Shown here: positions 62,596 to 64,000 of the stretch, piece by piece
How positions within the stretch are numbered: the stretch's first letter is position 1
Layout of the letters: each line of letters starts with the position of its first letter
Assembly (NCBI RefSeq): GCF_032116555.1
Contig: NZ_CP134950.1
Span: 1-64,000, forward strand
DNA: 64,000 nucleotides
Source of the DNA: Halorarum halobium
GTDB taxonomy: Archaea; Halobacteriota; Halobacteria; Halobacteriales; Haloferacaceae
Reading direction: 5' to 3'
Program-made: the position numbers and the translations under genes
Notes under the pieces: generated by a model
Seen by the model: only the letters and a program-made list of their open reading frames with translations
Database searches by the model: none
What the model was told of the DNA's origin: nothing

Positions 62596-63946
62596 TGTTC
62601 GTCGACGAATGCTCTCCGCCGTCGCGGAACTCGTCGGGATCCTTGCTCTCGGATCAGTTCCGGTAGCTGCACAGAGTAACGGAGGGGTCGGTGGTGCCCT
62701 CGGTGATATCATTATCGGGGCGATCCAGGAATTGCTCCGAATTCTGTTTAGCCCCATCCGGACTGTTATCGAGAATCACGGCGATGCGGTTCTGCGAACT
62801 GTCGTAGGAACCCCGCATCCCGATTCTGTGTTCAGCGCTCCCTCGAACGGTGCCTGGCCCAGAATCTACGATTTCTATTGGGAGACGATGATCCCGCTCA
62901 CCCTCACGCTGTATGGACTCTCTATCGGAATTGTGATTTTCCTCGAGTCGACGAGCCACCTGTTCAACGGCTACCACCGCTCAAAGCTCAAGAAGCGGGC
63001 CTTCTCAGGCCTGCTTGGTATCCTGTCATGGTGGTGGATCACAGCTCTCTCACTCCGATTTATGGACGCTTTGGCGGGATTCCTTGTGCCCTCCGTCTCG
63101 AATATCACGCTCTTCCAGACCTTGTCATTCTCGACGATGGGGGTCCTCGGCATAATCGTCGCCCTGTCGGCGAACTTCATCCTGTTCGTCCTCATCGGTC
63201 TGATCTATCTCGCTCGCCACCTCGCACTCTACCTGTTCGTCTTTCTGATGCCACTGCTCATTGTCTTCTGGATCCCTGGAGTCGGTCCCTTCACCTTGGT
63301 TTCGAAGTTCATGAAGAAGCTGGCCGGCTTCTACGTGCCGTTCTTGTTTATGACGGTTCCAGTAGCCATTCTGTTCCGCCTTGGTGACATCCTCGGGACG
63401 AGTTTCGGTGTCTCTGCCGGCGGGTTCGGAGCGTGGCTGACGGCACTCATCATCCCGCTGGCTGCGGTAGCGTCGCCGTTCATACTCTTCTGGCAGGCGG
63501 GAGCCCTGTTCTTCGTCGCCGATCGGGCGGCACGACACGTTTCCGCACAGAAGGCCCGGGGAAGGCTGTCGAGAGGCCGGGAACGGGTACAGTCGGCGAA
63601 GCAGGGCGGGAAGAACTTCGTGCGAGGAATGCGCGACGAGCCAGCCGTCAAGAGTGGCGGGCAGTACGTGTTGGGCTCCGGTGACTCTAGAGCGCACGCT
63701 ACCGGACAGCGGCTCAACACGACCGGGTCCCGTCTTCGCGACGCGATTACGGACGGCGTCGAAGACAGTGACCGAGGCGGTTCCGGTGGCGACGGTGATG
63801 GCTCTACCGCCAGTGCCGGCTCTCGTGAGGATGACGGCGACAACGAAGGAAGTGGAGGGACCGAGCGAGACGACGCTCTCCGCGATCCCCCGTCCCAGAG
63901 ACAGGAGCGGGAGTCGAGAGACGATCCGCCTCGATACATTCAGTAA
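62588..63946 (+). CDS. VirB6/TrbL-like polytopic membrane protein
   Basis: Multiple TM, FLMPLLIVFWIP segment, Gly/Asp/Ser-rich tail. Confidence 0.65.
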   Translation: MRSVRRRMLSAVAELVGILALGSVPVAAQSNGGVGGALGDIIIGAIQELLRILFSPIRTVIENHGDAVLRTVVGTPHPDSVFSAPSNGAWPRIYDFYWETMIPLTLTLYGLSIGIVIFLESTSHLFNGYHRSKLKKRAFSGLLGILSWWWITALSLRFMDALAGFLVPSVSNITLFQTLSFSTMGVLGIIVALSANFILFVLIGLIYLARHLALYLFVFLMPLLIVFWIPGVGPFTLVSKFMKKLAGFYVPFLFMTVPVAILFRLGDILGTSFGVSAGGFGAWLTALIIPLAAVASPFILFWQAGALFFVADRAARHVSAQKARGRLSRGRERVQSAKQGGKNFVRGMRDEPAVKSGGQYVLGSGDSRAHATGQRLNTTGSRLRDAITDGVEDSDRGGSGGDGDGSTASAGSREDDGDNEGSGGTERDDALRDPPSQRQERESRDDPPRYIQ

Positions 63947-63949
63947 ACC

Positions 63950-64000
63950 ATGAGCTCAGCAACTGACCCCGAAAAACGAATTCCGAAGTCGCTCGGTACC
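63950..64000 (+). CDS. Next gene of transfer operon (partial)
   Basis: MSSATDPEKRIPKSLGT runs off the window. Confidence 0.55.
   Translation, partial: MSSATDPEKRIPKSLGT

Overview
GC-rich haloarchaeal plasmid/ICE-like segment (acidic proteins, Tat lipoproteins, halocyanins). Left end: ParA plus acidic partner, and two divergent tyrosine recombinase genes (one intact, one decayed) flanking a perfect 11-6-11 bp dif-like site. From about 4.3 to 55.1 kb is a mosaic copper/heavy-metal and respiration cargo island. It carries three intact P1B ATPases (CopA, His-rich CopB, an atypical CPG/HEAS pump) plus a CopB remnant, CopZ, a Lrp-TRASH CopR with candidate operators, YHS-containing permeases, DUF411/CopG, five Met/Gly-rich SHOCT membrane proteins, three halocyanins, Cys-rich micro-proteins, membrane-anchored HTH regulators, AcnA, two DoxX, two Usp, four methyltransferases, and a halocyanin-coxABC-ctaAB operon. 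The oxidase looks A-type but lacks the K-channel Lys (subunit I) and entry Glu (subunit II). Right end: Fic, PadR, a 55-aa histone-fold gene, nonsense-interrupted xseA, xseB and the start of a conjugation/T4SS-like operon. No rRNA, tRNA, CRISPR or IS element was recognised. All calls are by eye from motifs; no database searches were run.
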